From NCBI RefSeq assembly GCF_033026475.1, contig NC_090211.1, forward strand, positions 3,913,726-3,977,725: 64,000 nucleotides of DNA. The letters run 5' to 3'. The DNA comes from Channa argus (taxonomy: Eukaryota). Below, piece by piece: positions 1 to 13,777 of this stretch (the stretch's first letter is position 1; each line of letters opens with the position of its first letter). The notes beneath the pieces are model-generated. The model was not told the DNA's origin, ran no database searches, and saw nothing but the letters and a program-made list of their open reading frames with translations. The position numbers and the translations under genes were made by a program.

Positions 1-1060
1 TTTACATTTTTAACGATTAGAAACATAAAATCAAAGACTAAGAATTACCGGACTGGTTTATTATCCTAATGATATGTCTAAAAATACATTAGAAGATTTA
101 ATGCTATATAAAATAAAGATATAAATTAGTATAATAGGAATTAAACAATGTTAAAAAGCATAACCACTTTGTGGCCTTTAGATTTCATTAGATTTTTCTC
201 AGTTATAAACAGTACACAAGCCACTTGGTTGTGTCATATCGGTAGATATCTGGGACAAACGTTACTGGGTCTTGGTACTGCTGAAAGGACCCACATAAAT
301 TTAATTTTATGTTTATCACTGAGTCACATGAATCACATGACCTGTGCGTTTGTGTGCGTGTGTACTAACTACTGTCTTCTACATACAGTGGCTGATACTC
401 TAATCATGAATAAACCTTAAAAACCTGGTATGTCGGGGGGGAAAAAAAGAGCATTGGGGTGGAATAAAGTGAAGATATGAGCCCTGCTATGTCATCAACT
501 GTGGTCTCCCTTTGACATCATATTGGGGATATACAAAGATAAGCCCTTAAAATGACCCTTATACATGATCCTACCGTTCTGAAACATCCTGTTCGAGTCT
601 CAGTTGTGCATCAGCAGGTTCCTTCTCTTCACATTTAGTAAAGGGAAAAGGTATTATTTATTAGTCCATGGCTGCGGGTGAACGTGAAGGCCACAGATAG
701 TAGGGGCTCATGAATAATTTTATGTTAACAACATACAAACAAATTGAATGAAGACAGAATTCAATCTGGGCTATATGTAAAGATTACTGTAGACAAATCT
801 GAATAACCATAGCTAAATAAAAAGTCAAAGATATGTTTAAAATAAAAATAAATATTTTAATAAATGTGTCAACCTTACAACCTTATTCGGGAAATGCAGT
901 TTCACAAAGCTAATAATGATGCAGAACACCTATAAGGTTTTCTCATTACAACACAAATCTAATTGTTTGGGGCAGCAGGTTGTGTTGTATTGCATTTGCA
1001 TTGCATTTATAGTAACATGTAATGACTAATTAATTTTTTATTAACGTGTGACACATGCAG

Positions 1061-1206
1061 GAATGCGTCCACTGCATTATGCAGCCTGGCAGGGAAAAGC
1101 TGAATCTGTTCTGATGCTGCTTCGTGCTGGAGCCTCAGTTAATGGCGTTTCTCTCGATGGACACATCCCTCTGCACCTGGCGGCTCAGTACGGACACTAT
1201 GAAGTG
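1061..1206 (+). CDS. caskin1: caskin exon (first in window): ankyrin repeats, ...[48 protein letters not shown]; gene continues upstream of window
   Basis: Frame agrees with ORF 1048-1230. Acceptor AG at 1059-1060, donor GTGAGT at 1207. Ankyrin-repeat consensus (TPLHxAA...G). Continues in phase into the next exon. Confidence 0.8.
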
Positions 1207-2004
1207 GTGAGTCTGCAGCTACTACATTAATACAATATTTAACTGACCTATGAATTCTGTTGTTTATTTGCATAAGCAACATATAAAACATAATATGATT
1301 AAAGAATTGGTCAAATGTGGAAATTTAAAAACGATTAACACTTAACTTTTTTGATTTAAAGCCTACTACATCCGAGTTTAAAAGTATATTATGACATGTC
1401 TCAGTATGTAGTCGCTTTGACAAACGTCTCTTTTAATTATTCGAAATATGCTTGAAAAGTAATATGGTTTGGAGTGAATTTAGTTTTAATTTTAATTTCT
1501 GTTTGCTGTGTGTGTGTGTGTGCATGCGCACCTGTGTGTGTATGAGTAGGCCTCGGTGTGTGCATGTGTGTAAGAGGAGTTCTTGGTGTGATTGAATGTT
1601 TGGGTAGAATATGAGGGTGATTTTGGAAGAGGGTGCTGGGTAGATGTGGGGTGATCAGCTTTTATATGTGATTATAAGTGACCCTGGTTTTGTGCTGTCA
1701 TCCGTCTTAGAAGGACAGATGTGAGCATAAACACGAGGGGATCTTTGGAATTATGAAATGAACACTGTAGTTTTTCTTTTCAGAGTACTTCTTTTATCAT
1801 GCACTACTCATTTATTTTAGGCTAGGATTAGTATGAATGTCGAGTTGTCAAGCTTCTTCACTTTGTATCTGTATCTATCTATATCCATAGACGCTAAACC
1901 CCCAATAGCCCTTTCCCATCCCCAGCTGTGCAGTGCCGGTCCACCTATCTATCTAGCTATAGATAGATATACATATACACACACACACACACAGTCATGG
2001 CCAT

Positions 2005-2950
2005 GTGTTGTTTGCACAGATACAACACAAAAAACAGAAGAAAAGTCAAACTTGATAATAGTTCACACGGAACTCAAAAATGTACAAAATTATTGGCACC
2101 CTTATCTTAATATTTGGTAACACCCCCCTATATAAACCCCTAAAACTAACTGAAATCAATTGCTTCCTGTACCCATGAATGAGTTTCTTAAACCTCTCTA
2201 CTGGAATTTTGGACCACTCTTCTTTTGCAAACTGCTCCAGGTCATTCAGATTTGAAGGAGGCCTTCTCCCAACTGCTGTTTTGAGATCTCTTAAGATCTC
2301 TTAAGATCTGGACTCATTGCTGGCCATTTCTGAACTCTCCAGCACTTTGTTTGTAACCATTTCTGAGTGCTTTCTGAAGGGTGTTTCGGGTCATTGTCCT
2401 GCTGGAAGACCCATGACCTCTAGTGGAGATGCAGCTTCCTGACACTGGCCACTACGTTAATCAGGGTTCTTTATCCACCATTCTAATTTTTTATTAATTT
2501 CTGTCCAGATACAGGGAGGTTAGCTACAGACCCATGGGCTGTTAACCTCTTGATGATATTATATGAGTGGACACAGGAACATTAAGATCTCTGGAGATGG
2601 ACTTGAGATTGTCCATGTTTTTCCATAATTTTTTTTCTCTCAAATCCAGAGACACCTCTTTAACACTTCTTCCTCTTCTCCATGCTCAGTGTTGACACAA
2701 GTCAACTTTTCTCCATTTTAACTGGCTGCAAGTGTGATTACCATATTGCCCACAACTGTTACTTGCCACAGGTTTGTCTAAATACAAAGTACAGCAGCAT
2801 CGAATGCTTGAAAAACAATTATTTCTAACAATTTTGACAAGGTGCCAGTAATTTTGTCCAGTGCATTTTTGAGTTCTGTGTGAACTTTTATCAAGTCTGA
2901 CCTTTCTTCTCTGTTTTTTGTGTTGTTCCAGTGCAAACAAAAACAATAAG
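2005..2950 (-). mobile_element. Tc1/mariner-family DNA transposon remnant (internally deleted, non-autonomous) in a caskin intron
   Basis: Terminal inverted repeats of about 90 bp: 2008-2100 (..acaacacaaaaaacagaagaaaagtcaaacttgataatagttcacacggaactcaaaaatgtacaaaattattggcaccc) pairs with 2862-2950 in reverse complement. The internal sequence on the minus strand encodes a Tc1 transposase fragment (gggtcttccagcaggacaatgacccgaaacac = WVFQQDNDPKH). Confidence 0.7.
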
Positions 2951-3644
2951 TATGTGAATACCAATACATTTGCAATTGGAACAATTTTCTGAGAGAAGGG
3001 TTGGATTTTCTGACAGACTACAGAAATAGAAGGGCTCCGATATTTTTGGCCATGATACACACACTAAGATTAATTTACTGTGGGGCCATCAACATCAGGA
3101 GATGGATCACATTATAGTATTTTCTTTTTATTTATGTTTATTATATTTCCTTTTATTTATACAGCTTTTCTGAAAATGGGGTGTTTATATTATTTATTAT
3201 GAATGTGCATGTGTGAGTGAATTAGCAACAACCCACCTTGTCTTTTTTAAATCTTAGGTCTTCTGTTTGAAATAACGCCCTGAGTCTATTTAATCCATCC
3301 TGCAGGGTCCCTGCATAGCTGTGATAATAACCCCCAACTGTATTGTTCATCCAGGCTTTGTCAGCCCAGAGCATGTAAGAGTTGACATCACATTATTGAC
3401 TGAATGGTAGTGAAACATTATCCACATTACAGCACTGACATAAGACAACCCTTTGAGAGCTGAGGTGCTGCTACTCATCGCAGGTGCTTTATCTGGTAAA
3501 GGTTAAATTTTGATCCCTTTGCACATGGCCAGGCTAGTTGTTTCCTTCTTGCTTAACTCTCTACTTAGGAAACAAACTTTATTTTACTAACATTTGTACT
3601 TCTCCTTTGCAATAAAAATGTTGTGTGATTGTTTTTTTTTTCAG

Positions 3645-3740
3645 TCTGAAATGCTGCTGCAGCATCAGTCCAAACCCTGTCTGGTCAACAAGGCCAAGAA
3701 GACCCCTCTGGATTTGGCCTGTGAGTTTGGAAGGGTTAAG
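3645..3740 (+). CDS. caskin1: caskin exon: [32 protein letters not shown] (ankyrin repeat)
   Basis: Polypyrimidine tract and AG at 3643-3644, donor GTAGGC at 3741, phase 0 on both sides. Ankyrin motif. Confidence 0.75.
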
Positions 3741-5019
3741 GTAGGCTTTTTCTAGTTACGGAAACATAAACCTCTTGTTGTGGTGACAACCATATTTAGT
3801 TCCTTTTTAGGCACTAAAACATGTCCACATAATGTAAATCAATACCTTTTGGTTTATAGGGGAGGTTTAAATTAAGGTTAGAGTTATAGTTAATAGTGAG
3901 GTTAGGGCAAGTTTCCAGAGAAGAGTAATGTAATTGTCAGTCTAAGTGATGGAAACTTGCTTTTGAGTGTTAACTGATCTTTCTAACACTGCACTGCTCT
4001 TGATAAAAAGTCACAGCTGTACAAACGCAAACATGCACAAACAGTCTGACACACACGCACGTCAGTCACAAAGGTTTGTCACCTTTTCAGTCACTCAGTT
4101 TGTTTTGTCAGTTTGTCAGAAATGACATAAAAATGAAGTCTGATTCCCACTCGCTGTTTCAAACTGAGATATCTTTAGAGTGTGTGTGTGTGTGTGTGTG
4201 TGCGTGTGTTTGTGAGATCCTCAGCTGCTACTTACTGGTAGTGGGGTGTGTCAGTGGCAGCTGCTGTGTTTCCATTCAGCTCACTCTGTTTGTCCTTCTG
4301 TTTTTAAGGACAGACTTTAACCATGTTTGTACAGTTGCTGTAAAAGTATTCTGATGCAACAGCTACTGTCATTGTTTGCCACAATGTAAACATGTTCTAC
4401 GTTAATTCAGTCATGCTGGGAAGCTGTACCTCAAAAAACATGAAACTAGTAAATAAAGTCTGAACAGTAAATAAATCTGAACATTACAAAATGTAGTTTT
4501 TTTTTCTTTTGGGGTTTCACTTGTGTCTTTAGTCAGTTGATTTAACTGAAAAAACAAATTGTCTCCTTGTCAGCAGCCTTGCAGAAACATCTCATTTCTA
4601 CCACTCTAACTCTGAATATACATTGTGATCAGACATGTGTTATAGCTTGTCTGTAATGACAAACAGCTTTCAAACATCTGCTCATTCTCTCATAAAAAAA
4701 CATCTGTAAATCAGTTAGAACTTGTTGGCCGAGACAGTAGAACCTGAAATCACAATGACAAAATAAAATGTGAATTAGTTTTATCTCTGAAGTGATAAGA
4801 CTTGTGGTTCTAGCTGTGACTCATTTTGTCTGTTGTCAAACATCTTGATTAATTTAAAGTTCAGTGCTTTGGGTCACTTATGTATTCTGTCATACTCACC
4901 TGCAGTGTCTCTTAATGCAGTGTGCTTTTCTTACATTGTTGTCGAAGTTGAAGTTGAAGCTTTATCTTATCGGTGTCTTCACGTTTTTCTCTTTCCTTGA
5001 CTCCTCTGGCCTCCCTCAG

Positions 5020-5150
5020 GTGGCCCAGCTGTTACTTAACAGTAACATGGTTACAGCATTGTTGGAAGATGAGAGGAAGGAGCCGACAGATTCGGCCTTC
5101 ACCACCCCGCTGCACCTTGCTGCCCGCAATGGACATAAAGACATCATACG
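5020..5150 (+). CDS. caskin1: caskin exon: [44 protein letters not shown] (ankyrin repeat)
   Basis: Frame of ORF 4864-5154. Acceptor CTCAG at 5018-5019, donor GTAAGA at 5151. Phase is continuous with neighbouring exons. Confidence 0.8.
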
Positions 5151-8100
5151 GTAAGACCTGTGGTTGAAAACAGGTGTATGTTTGTGGACAACATCCACTC
5201 CCCCAAAAAAATTATTGGAATGTCAAAGCTTATTTATTGGTTGCAAGATAAGATGAAAACAAAAAGGCAATATAAAAAAATCTATATGAATAATAAAAAC
5301 CTAAAAATACAAATAAGAATACAATCACCAAACAAACAATTCCACTAGGGTTCATGTTATTGCACAGTGTTACAATCATTAGTAGGAATGTATATTATAG
5401 TGAGTATTGGTTTACTGGGAGCAGCTGTGTTTGAAAGGTCGGACAGCAGCAGGGAGAAAGACCTACGATATCGTAACAGTCTGTCACTGATGGAGCTGCT
5501 CAGAGATCTCACTATTTCAGACAGGGAGTTGGATTCATTTTCCAGCAAGGATGATAGGTTGCCTACCATCCTTATACAGTCTCTTCCTCTCTGCTGTAAA
5601 GATACTGCTGCACCAGCAGACCACTCTATAAAAGCTGGCTGAGGCCACCACTGAGTCAAAAAGGTCTTTAGTAGTGCTCCTTGCACTCCAAAAGACCTTA
5701 GTCTCGTCTGCAGAAAGAGTTTGCCCAGTCGTTTCCTATGAAAAAATAAATATAAAAATATAAAGTGCGTCTGTTATCTTTTCAGTCCAGTTTATTGTTT
5801 GGGTGAACACCCAGGTATTTGTAAGAGTTCATTCTCTCAATGTCCTTTCCTCGGGTGTTCACCGGTGATGGTGAAGAGTGCGTATGCCTGCAGGTGTTCA
5901 CCACCAGCGCTTTAGTTTTCCCTGCACTGAGGCAGATGTTGGATGAAAGTTTAGAATTGTAGCTTTTATTTGATATGAATTAAGTGTTTAAATTACAAAA
6001 TACATCAAACAGGATAGAACATAGCACCTTTGTATCAAATCACCCAAATTTGATCTCAACCATAGGTATTGAAACAGACAGTTTTCATACATTAAATTCG
6101 AGTACATGAAACAATAGTTGGTTGCAAATCCCTTGTTACATCAGGTGCATCAATCCTGCAAGTTACTGATATCAACACATTATTGGTTCGTCTTTAGATC
6201 TGATTTCCTGGCTTTTGTTGCATCCTCATTGAGTTGTTAGTTTTGGGGGTCTCTTCTTCAGCATTTGAAATGCATGTTCACTCAGTTTAAGCTCTGCTGA
6301 TTGACTTGACCATTTTGAAACCATAGACTTTTCCTTACGATAAAGTCCTGTGTTGATTTGGCAGCAACCATTACTGGATCATTGTCTGGCTGCATCATAA
6401 AGCCCCTCCTTGTTGCTATGGGTAACAAGAAAGAACTGTCAGTCACATTTTCAAGTACTTCTGGAAGAGAGAATGTGATTTTAAAAAAGTGTTTTGTTTT
6501 ATGTTTATGTTTTAAACTTATTGAAGTCAAAATACTATCCAAAAAGAGACTGGTGTCTTGGTGTGAAATCACAATACATTTAGAAACTGTTGATATTGAG
6601 TGGATTATTTCTGGTCCAGTGTTCCTTCTCTTCAGATCAAATCTAATACAATACCACAGTGAAAAGCCTCCGACCTATCAGTAAGGTCACTCTGGTCTTG
6701 GTGTCCTGTTGGCGCCATGTTTGTTCCCATCAGCCTCCCATGCCTGTAGTCATTATTATAACCCAGTTCTGCCTCTCTGTGTGAAGATTCTCAGCCTTGA
6801 GTTGGTGTTGTGGGCTGGCAGATAGACCAGCGGTGGTATGTAGAAAGCTGGCAGTAATGAAAGACATCACCGAAGCACAAGTTCTGTGAAATTTTAGTTC
6901 ACCATTGAGATTTGATCATCCAACAGATGAACTAATATTTAATTCCAGTTGCTGAGGGAATTTGAAGGCTAACACTTCTTTATTCGGCATTTATTCAGCT
7001 TTATCCAAGAATTTAAGGACGTGTCAATTATTGTGTGTTATTTCATTAAATGACTTATGTACTGACATCATCTAGAGTGAACTGTCAAATAAGAGATCAC
7101 AATTGAACATTTTAGCTATTCAGTCTGTCACTCTTGGCAAATGGCATTTTATATCTGAGCTTCATTTGGTCTATATTTGCAAATGTTTTGTTGTAGCAGT
7201 TCAACGGTAAGTTTATTATATTTTTCTCACTATAGTTGTTATATATTATATAGTTTGGAAATAGAAGTCTTGAGCTGAGCACAACTGGCCTGATAGTTTG
7301 TTTAGCTTTTCATTTTTGTAAACAAATTTCCTGACAGATCTGGAAGTCACTCAATATGAGTCTGTTGAGATTTCACCCAGTATAAATAACATTTCTTATG
7401 TTTGTCTTAAAGTGTCAAAGCAGTCAGAGATGATCCACACTGTGATGTGAAGCAAAAGATTCATGTCTTATAAACCATTACATGAGCTGACACAACAGTC
7501 CCTTGTGCAGACCTGGTATGACTTTAAAAAAAATCTCCTTATTTTTGCATTTTTAAGTCACTACTTTGAGACATTTCATAATCTTGGGTTTCCTATCAAG
7601 GGGGATAGCGTCCGTGGGCCTTTGTGCCTGTAGAGGCTGTGTGCATGTTGACGGCAGAGGGCAGGGCTCCTGTGGTTTGTGGTTGTTAACCACTGAGCCA
7701 GAACGTTTGCATGGTGATGTGGGAGTATGAACTCTGGAGCTGGTGTGTGTGTGTGCGCGCGTGTGTGTGTTCTGTATGGTTTTGTCTTCCTCACATTTCC
7801 AGCGAGATCTGAAATACACTACAGCGTCGCTGTGACCCAGTTTTAAAAGGCTTTTATCCCTGTTACACAAGTGTGGTTCTGTATGTGTGTGCGCAGTGGA
7901 AGCTACCAGTCAGCAATACACCTACAGTGCACTTCAGTGTTAACCTGCTTTATAATAAGGTGCCTGAATCCTAGTGACAGCAGCACAGATATAAAAATGT
8001 GCCAGAGCTGCTTTCCCAGCGCTCGTCAAGTATCATTAAAAAAAGAACTAAAAGAACTGTGTGTGCATAAAGCAACACAAGGCGTATTTTTCAATTTCAA

Positions 8101-8814
8101 GTTATTTTTTATTCTAAAACAAATGTTCAAATCGCACATGGCAGCAGTCACTGGTATTACAGAATTATACCAAAAACAAACATATAAATACAACTGGTCG
8201 AATTGATTTTGACGATTAATTTGATAGATTTGACGGGATGCAGTTTCTGATCATGAACACCAGCATGACAGGTTATTGTGCTGCCGCCTAGACAACTTTC
8301 ACTTTTCAAAATGTATTATTGTGATCTCATGTGGATGATAAGGACCTTATTAAAGTGCTGCTCGGGACATAAACTTTGATACGTTATTCCTCATGAAGCG
8401 GCAGCAACACAGGATTTTACTTGCAGTCATAAGGCTGATGAATAAATTCACGAGCATACTGAAACTCAGTTTATTATGTTTTCATCATGCATGCAACATT
8501 CCCAAGAAAATCATCTCACAACACTGCCGTTGTGTATTTTTCACATAGTGGGGTTTTGGAAGCAAACTTTAATTTAAAGGGCAACTTCACAAATTTGCAG
8601 CTCACTTTGTATGGTGTAAATGAATGTGAATGACTGACTTTGAACTTCCTGATATTAAAATACCTCCCAGCTTCCATCTTAAAACCAGCCAGATAATGTC
8701 ATCTGAAGGAGGTTAATGAAGGGATTTAAATCATACCGTCTTTTACGCTTGGATAAGTTCTGTGCTCAGTTTCAGGACTCAGACGTGGATCATGTGTCTT
8801 CCTGTTTGTTTCAG

Positions 8815-8923
8815 GTTGCTGCTGAAGGCTGGAATTGACATCAACAAGACCACCAAGTCTGGAACAGCTCTGCATGAAGCTTCTCTGTATGGAAAAACAG
8901 AAGTGGTCAAACTCCTGCTGGAT
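8815..8923 (+). CDS. caskin1: caskin exon: (R)[36 protein letters not shown] (ankyrin repeat)
   Basis: Frame of ORF 8762-8950. Acceptor TTTCAG ends 8814, donor GTGAGT at 8924. Confidence 0.8.
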
Positions 8924-9278
8924 GTGAGTTCAGAAGTGATGATACATTGAGAATATACAGAGCAGTGAGGAGGCTTAATATGTTTAAGGTTTAAGATTTC
9001 CAAATAAGTATCATCTTAGAAGAGAATCTTCAGGAGATAGGATGGTTGTGCCCACAGTGAGATTGTACCATTCATCTTTTCATAAGCAACACTTCTCTTT
9101 TGAGTTCAGCGATGATGTACCATGAGTGCAATCTCTTACAAAACGCCAGAGGGCAAACTGCATATTTTCCAACTAATTCTTTTTACATCAAAGAGACAAA
9201 AAAGGTTGAAGAGCAAAATATAAAGACAATGTATTCTGTATCTTGTGTCCCGTGTATGTGCGTGTGTGGCCCCTTCAG

Positions 9279-9387
9279 GCTGGAGTGGATGTGAACATCC
9301 GAAATACCTACAACCAGACAGCGCTGGACATCGTCAACCAGTTCACCACCTCACACGCCAGCAAGGACATCAAGCAACTGCTCCGAG
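9279..9387 (+). CDS. caskin1: caskin exon: [36 protein letters not shown] (last ankyrin repeat)
   Basis: Frame of ORF 9243-9518. Acceptor CTTCAG ends 9278, donor GT at 9388 (phase 1). Confidence 0.8.
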
Positions 9388-11427
9388 GTCAGAGTCCATG
9401 CAGATACACTAGGACAGTCTTCTTTTACTTATCTTTCTCTATTTTATTTTACTTCCTTTTCTTTTTATGGCTTTGTGTATTTTTTTCCACCCCATCCTTT
9501 GTGGAGAAACATCAGTGAAAACATATTATAGGATGAATTTAGTATCATATTGACCATCAAGGAAAGAAATAGGGAAGATAGAAGTAGTTTTAGATAGAAG
9601 AAGTTTGTATTTAATATGTGAGAAGGAGTAAAACCCAAACATTTAGAAATGGTGATTTTTGCAGTTTCAAAAGTGCTGTACAAGCTCAGACCTCTGAGCT
9701 CTGGTCCCCTCTGTGCAGCAGACATATTGAGGTTCACCTGACAGTATAAGCTGTAATTCAAACAGCAGCTGTGTTTAAATTTTGGTTTATGTAACGTTAC
9801 ACTCACATCTATCAGCTCTCACAGCTTCAAAGACCAGACTTCTCACATTCGACCTCAAATTTAAGAGAGCTGTATATACACAGTGTGTGTGTGTGCGTGT
9901 GCGCGTGTGTGCGTCTGTGTGTGTGTGTGCATGCTTTCTGCTCTGTAATCCTGCAGTCTTTTGAAGTTCCCTGTGGGAACAGACTGAGGGAATAATAAGC
10001 AGTTGTGTTGGAGAAGTGATTTAAACATGGATGGAGAGACTTTCCCGTCTTGTTTACTGGTGTATGGAGGAAAGATGAATAAGTAGCACACACTTGGTCC
10101 ACATGCACTGTGGATTAATTATTAATGTGTCGTGTTAGCAGCTGCATACAGCAGTCGGATCTCTGAGGAAGGAATGAGTCAGTGTAACAAGAGAAAACAT
10201 TGTGGATCTGCACGTCTATTCAAATATGTATATTCCTAGTTTTAAATAACATGATAAGAATATATAAAAAGAGAGAAACCGTTATCTATTTCTTCTTTGA
10301 ATGTTTGCGGATGAATGTATGAAATCTTTGCATTCCCTGAAGAATTACCCCAAGCTATTTGTGGTTTTGTTTGTGTGGAAAAAATTGCTGAGCTCCAGAG
10401 GTCTTTAGGATAAGACAGGCAGTATTTTCTTCTTAACTTCCTTCTTTCTTCTCAGTGTGTTAATACATTTCTCAATACTTTATCAGTTTCTCCAACTTCA
10501 CTGTTGAAGATATAAGTCTTTTAAAACAGCTTATAAAATACATAGTTTCAATTTTGAAAAAAGTGTCAATCTTTTCCTAAAACAGCTGTTCAGTGTATTT
10601 CCCTCAAATTAACTGGAATTAATTTCAGTTATCAGTGACTATTTTTAGTGGTGGATTAATCCACATTTAGGACATTTGGTTTTTCTCTTTTTGTCACAAC
10701 AATGTTTTAGGTTTTGGAAAAGAATTTGTACAAAAGAAGATGTCATATCGGGGTCAATTTCAAAATATTTGTACATACATTTTTAAAATATTTAAATGCA
10801 TATATGAATGAATGCATATTTCTAATAATATAAAACAATTACTCAGTTATTAAAATTACTATATTATTTATATGTTATAATGTTTTAAATATTATGCTTT
10901 TTTGAGTGTCACTGTACTTACAAGTCTACAAATGAACTAAAATACAAGTTGAATGTATGTAAAGTAGTAGACTTTCTTTGGACCCTCCCAAAGCATTTAT
11001 GACATTCCTCTGAGTGAATGTTGTCAAAGAGTGGACTGAGGGTGCTGTTGGGGGGGGGGGCTTAAAGAGACAGAAATTAAAAAGAGTTTCATCTTCATAA
11101 AGAAGTAATACTGCATTAAGGATTATTATACAAAAAAAATTTGAATTGCAAATTGTCCACAACAATTTCAGCAGATCCTTGGAGTAAACATATAAACTCT
11201 AAATAATGCATAAAATAATCAATTTAAAAAAATTAAATGATATGAACAAAATACTCTTCGCCAGTAGAATTATGGTTCTTGACAATGTGAAAACAAGTTT
11301 AGTGAAGATGTCACTGCACTGTGTTATAAACAATCAAATTTGAAAAACAAAAGAAACCTTTGTGACGGATCAACGACTATTTGTAAAAGCCTTTTTCTGA
11401 TGCAGTTTTCTGACCTTCCCTCGACAG

Positions 11428-11522
11428 ATGCAACGGGTGTTTTGCAGGTCAGAGCTCTGAAGGACTACTGGAACCTCCACGATCCTACTGCACTGAACAT
11501 TCGAGCTGGAGACATCATTATG
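11428..11522 (+). CDS. caskin1: caskin exon: (D)[31 protein letters not shown] (SH3 domain, N-terminal half)
   Basis: Frame of ORF 11340-11564. Acceptor CGACAG ends 11427, donor GTGAGA at 11523. SH3 hallmark ALKDY...GDII.V. Confidence 0.8.
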
Positions 11523-12013
11523 GTGAGAAAAGCATCTCAGACACTTGTTTCTTTGGTAGTTTGAACAGATTTGTTCTCCTTTTATATGAAATATGTGAAG
11601 TCCAGTAGGTTTTACATTCTACTAGTAATAGAATGTGGGTATCTAGTGTGTAGATAGTGTGTGTAACATAGTGGATTGACACTAACACATGACACTTTTA
11701 GTAGGTTTTGTTGTAGGTTATGCATTATTTAATCTGTTACTAAAACCTATTAATTATTAATAAATAATCATAGAAGGTAGTAATTAAAACACAGATAATA
11801 GTCACAGCAAACCAAAAATGAGGTATAACTAAATGGAGATAACACTGGTAAATATGTACGAAAGTAACACAAGCTGGAAATTTTTGCCAGAACTGTTATG
11901 TCACAATATGAGCTGAATGAACTAAACCACTGGAAGTCGATCAATATAAAACTTCATTGTGAGATTGAGTAAAGTAAACTTCAGCTTTCACAGAGACAGG
12001 TGCTGGCAAGTCC

Positions 12014-12066
<53 letters not shown>
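12014..12066. repeat. (AC)n microsatellite, ~26 units
   Basis: Read directly from the sequence. Confidence 0.95.
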
Positions 12067-12071
<5 letters not shown>

Positions 12072-12869
12072 CCTCTGAACCCTTTCCTGTATTTCCTCTC
12101 TGTAGATCGTAGATGTGTGTTAGTGATTAGTTCATCTGATTTGTCAATTAGCTCAAAGGCATTTTCCTCTGAATTTGAAATTTCAAACACAGTTTACTGC
12201 ATATCAATAAACTAATGAATGTGTGAAGCATCTGTCCCATATTTTGCTAATTGACATTTGATTTCCTGGTTTTCTGTGTAAACTGGTAATAAAATGTTAT
12301 GCATACAAAACACAATATTTCTAAGTTGATATAACACAAACAGTAATGATTATTCATGTCCATATTGAATACACCTACTTCATAGTATTTCTTATCCAGC
12401 AAAAAAGTTTCAAATTCTCTGATTAGAGGAGCGAGCCTCAATCAAAAACTTTTTACCAATGCTGTTCAAGGAGTCTTCAAAACACATTTCTACTATAAAA
12501 TAAATTCTGAAACAGTTTCATACTGTAGTTTTAGGAACAGCCTCACAGAGCAGTTCATAGCTGGAGCTTAGTCTTATTATTTTCTCAGCCAGTCTGACTT
12601 CCTATGAGTGAATCAGGGGGTGAGTAAAGCTGAAGGTGTTTACCTGGAGCTGCAGGGATGTGATGCAGGTGTTCGTCATGTTGGGACTTGTACTAGAGTA
12701 TTAAACATCACAAAACTGTGCCATGTTGTGCACTGACATTCAAGTAAGCTCTGTTTTTGTATATACAGTGGAAAAATCAGACAGACGACACTGTTGTGTT
12801 GCTTTCGCACTAGTGTTAACCCTTTACAGTGGATGGGGGGCTTGTAGTAACACATCTGGCCCACTACAG

Positions 12870-12987
12870 GTGTTGGAGCAACACATGGATGACCGCTGGA
12901 AGGGCCACATCCACGACAGCCAGAGAGGAACGGACAGAGTTGGCTTTTTCCCTCCGTCGATAGTGGAGGTCATCAGCAGAAGAAACG
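12870..12987 (+). CDS. caskin1: caskin exon: [39 protein letters not shown] (SH3 domain, C-terminal half)
   Basis: Frame of ORF 12723-13097. Acceptor CTACAG ends 12869, donor GTCAGT at 12988. SH3 motif G.FP...VEV. Confidence 0.8.
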
Positions 12988-13603
12988 GTCAGTTAAACAT
13001 AAAAGACAGAAAAATTGCCAACATGTTTGATAACAAACAAAAACTGACATGGAAAACTTTGGAAGACTGTTCCGATTATATACTAATATCCTTATAGTAA
13101 AAAAGTCTGGTATTATTTTTCTTTTTGCCAGTCAGTGTCATAATCACCATTAGGGCAAATTTTCATCCACATTTGGTGTCTAGATAAACCTGAGTCAAAA
13201 TAACTGGCGGTACACGTTAGTTGACATGATTAGTTGGTTCTCTCTGTCATAGAGATAGTATCCAGCTGTGCAGGAATAAGATCTATCAGCGTTGTTTTGA
13301 GTCCATAAATGAGAATAAATAATAAAGAATATCACCAGACTGCCCATCACTCCAGATCAGAGACTATCGGTTCATTTGGGCCTTGCTGTAGATTAAAGTC
13401 CCTCCTTCACATCCTGATTTTGGAACTAATCGGCCTGCTTACAGACCATCCCATGCTTCACCTCCTCTCTCTTTCCTCTTGCATCCATCTCTCCATCTAA
13501 ACCACGTAATGACTGACCTCCCCCTTTACCATCAGCTTGATAACCTCCCCTCCCTCCTCCTCCTTCTCCTCCTCCTCTTGTCCTCCCCCATCTTGCCCTA
13601 TAG

Positions 13604-13777
13604 GGGGCACCCTTTCCCGGCACGCCTCTCTGCCCACCCAGCGCCAGCAGCTGCATTCCAGAGCCCCCCTTTCCTCCAGCCTCAGCGCCGCCCCTCAGAC
13701 TGATGACTCCCACACTCTGTATACGTCTCCCACCCATGTGGTGCTGCCGCTAGCCAATGGCCTCACTACCAGCACAG
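13604..13777 (+). CDS. caskin1: caskin exon: GTLSRHASLPTQRQQLHSRAPLSSSLSAAPQTDDSHTLYTSPTHVVLPLANGLTTST (Ser/Pro-rich linker)
   Basis: Frame of ORF 13537-13839. Acceptor TATAG at 13602-13603 after a ~170-nt polypyrimidine tract, donor GTATAC at 13778. Phase fits both flanking exons. Confidence 0.65.

Noticed and set aside
13426-13737. Glycine-rich 103-aa minus-strand ORF
   Set aside because: It is simply the complement of the intronic polypyrimidine tract and the Ser/Pro-rich caskin exon. It is a low-complexity artefact.
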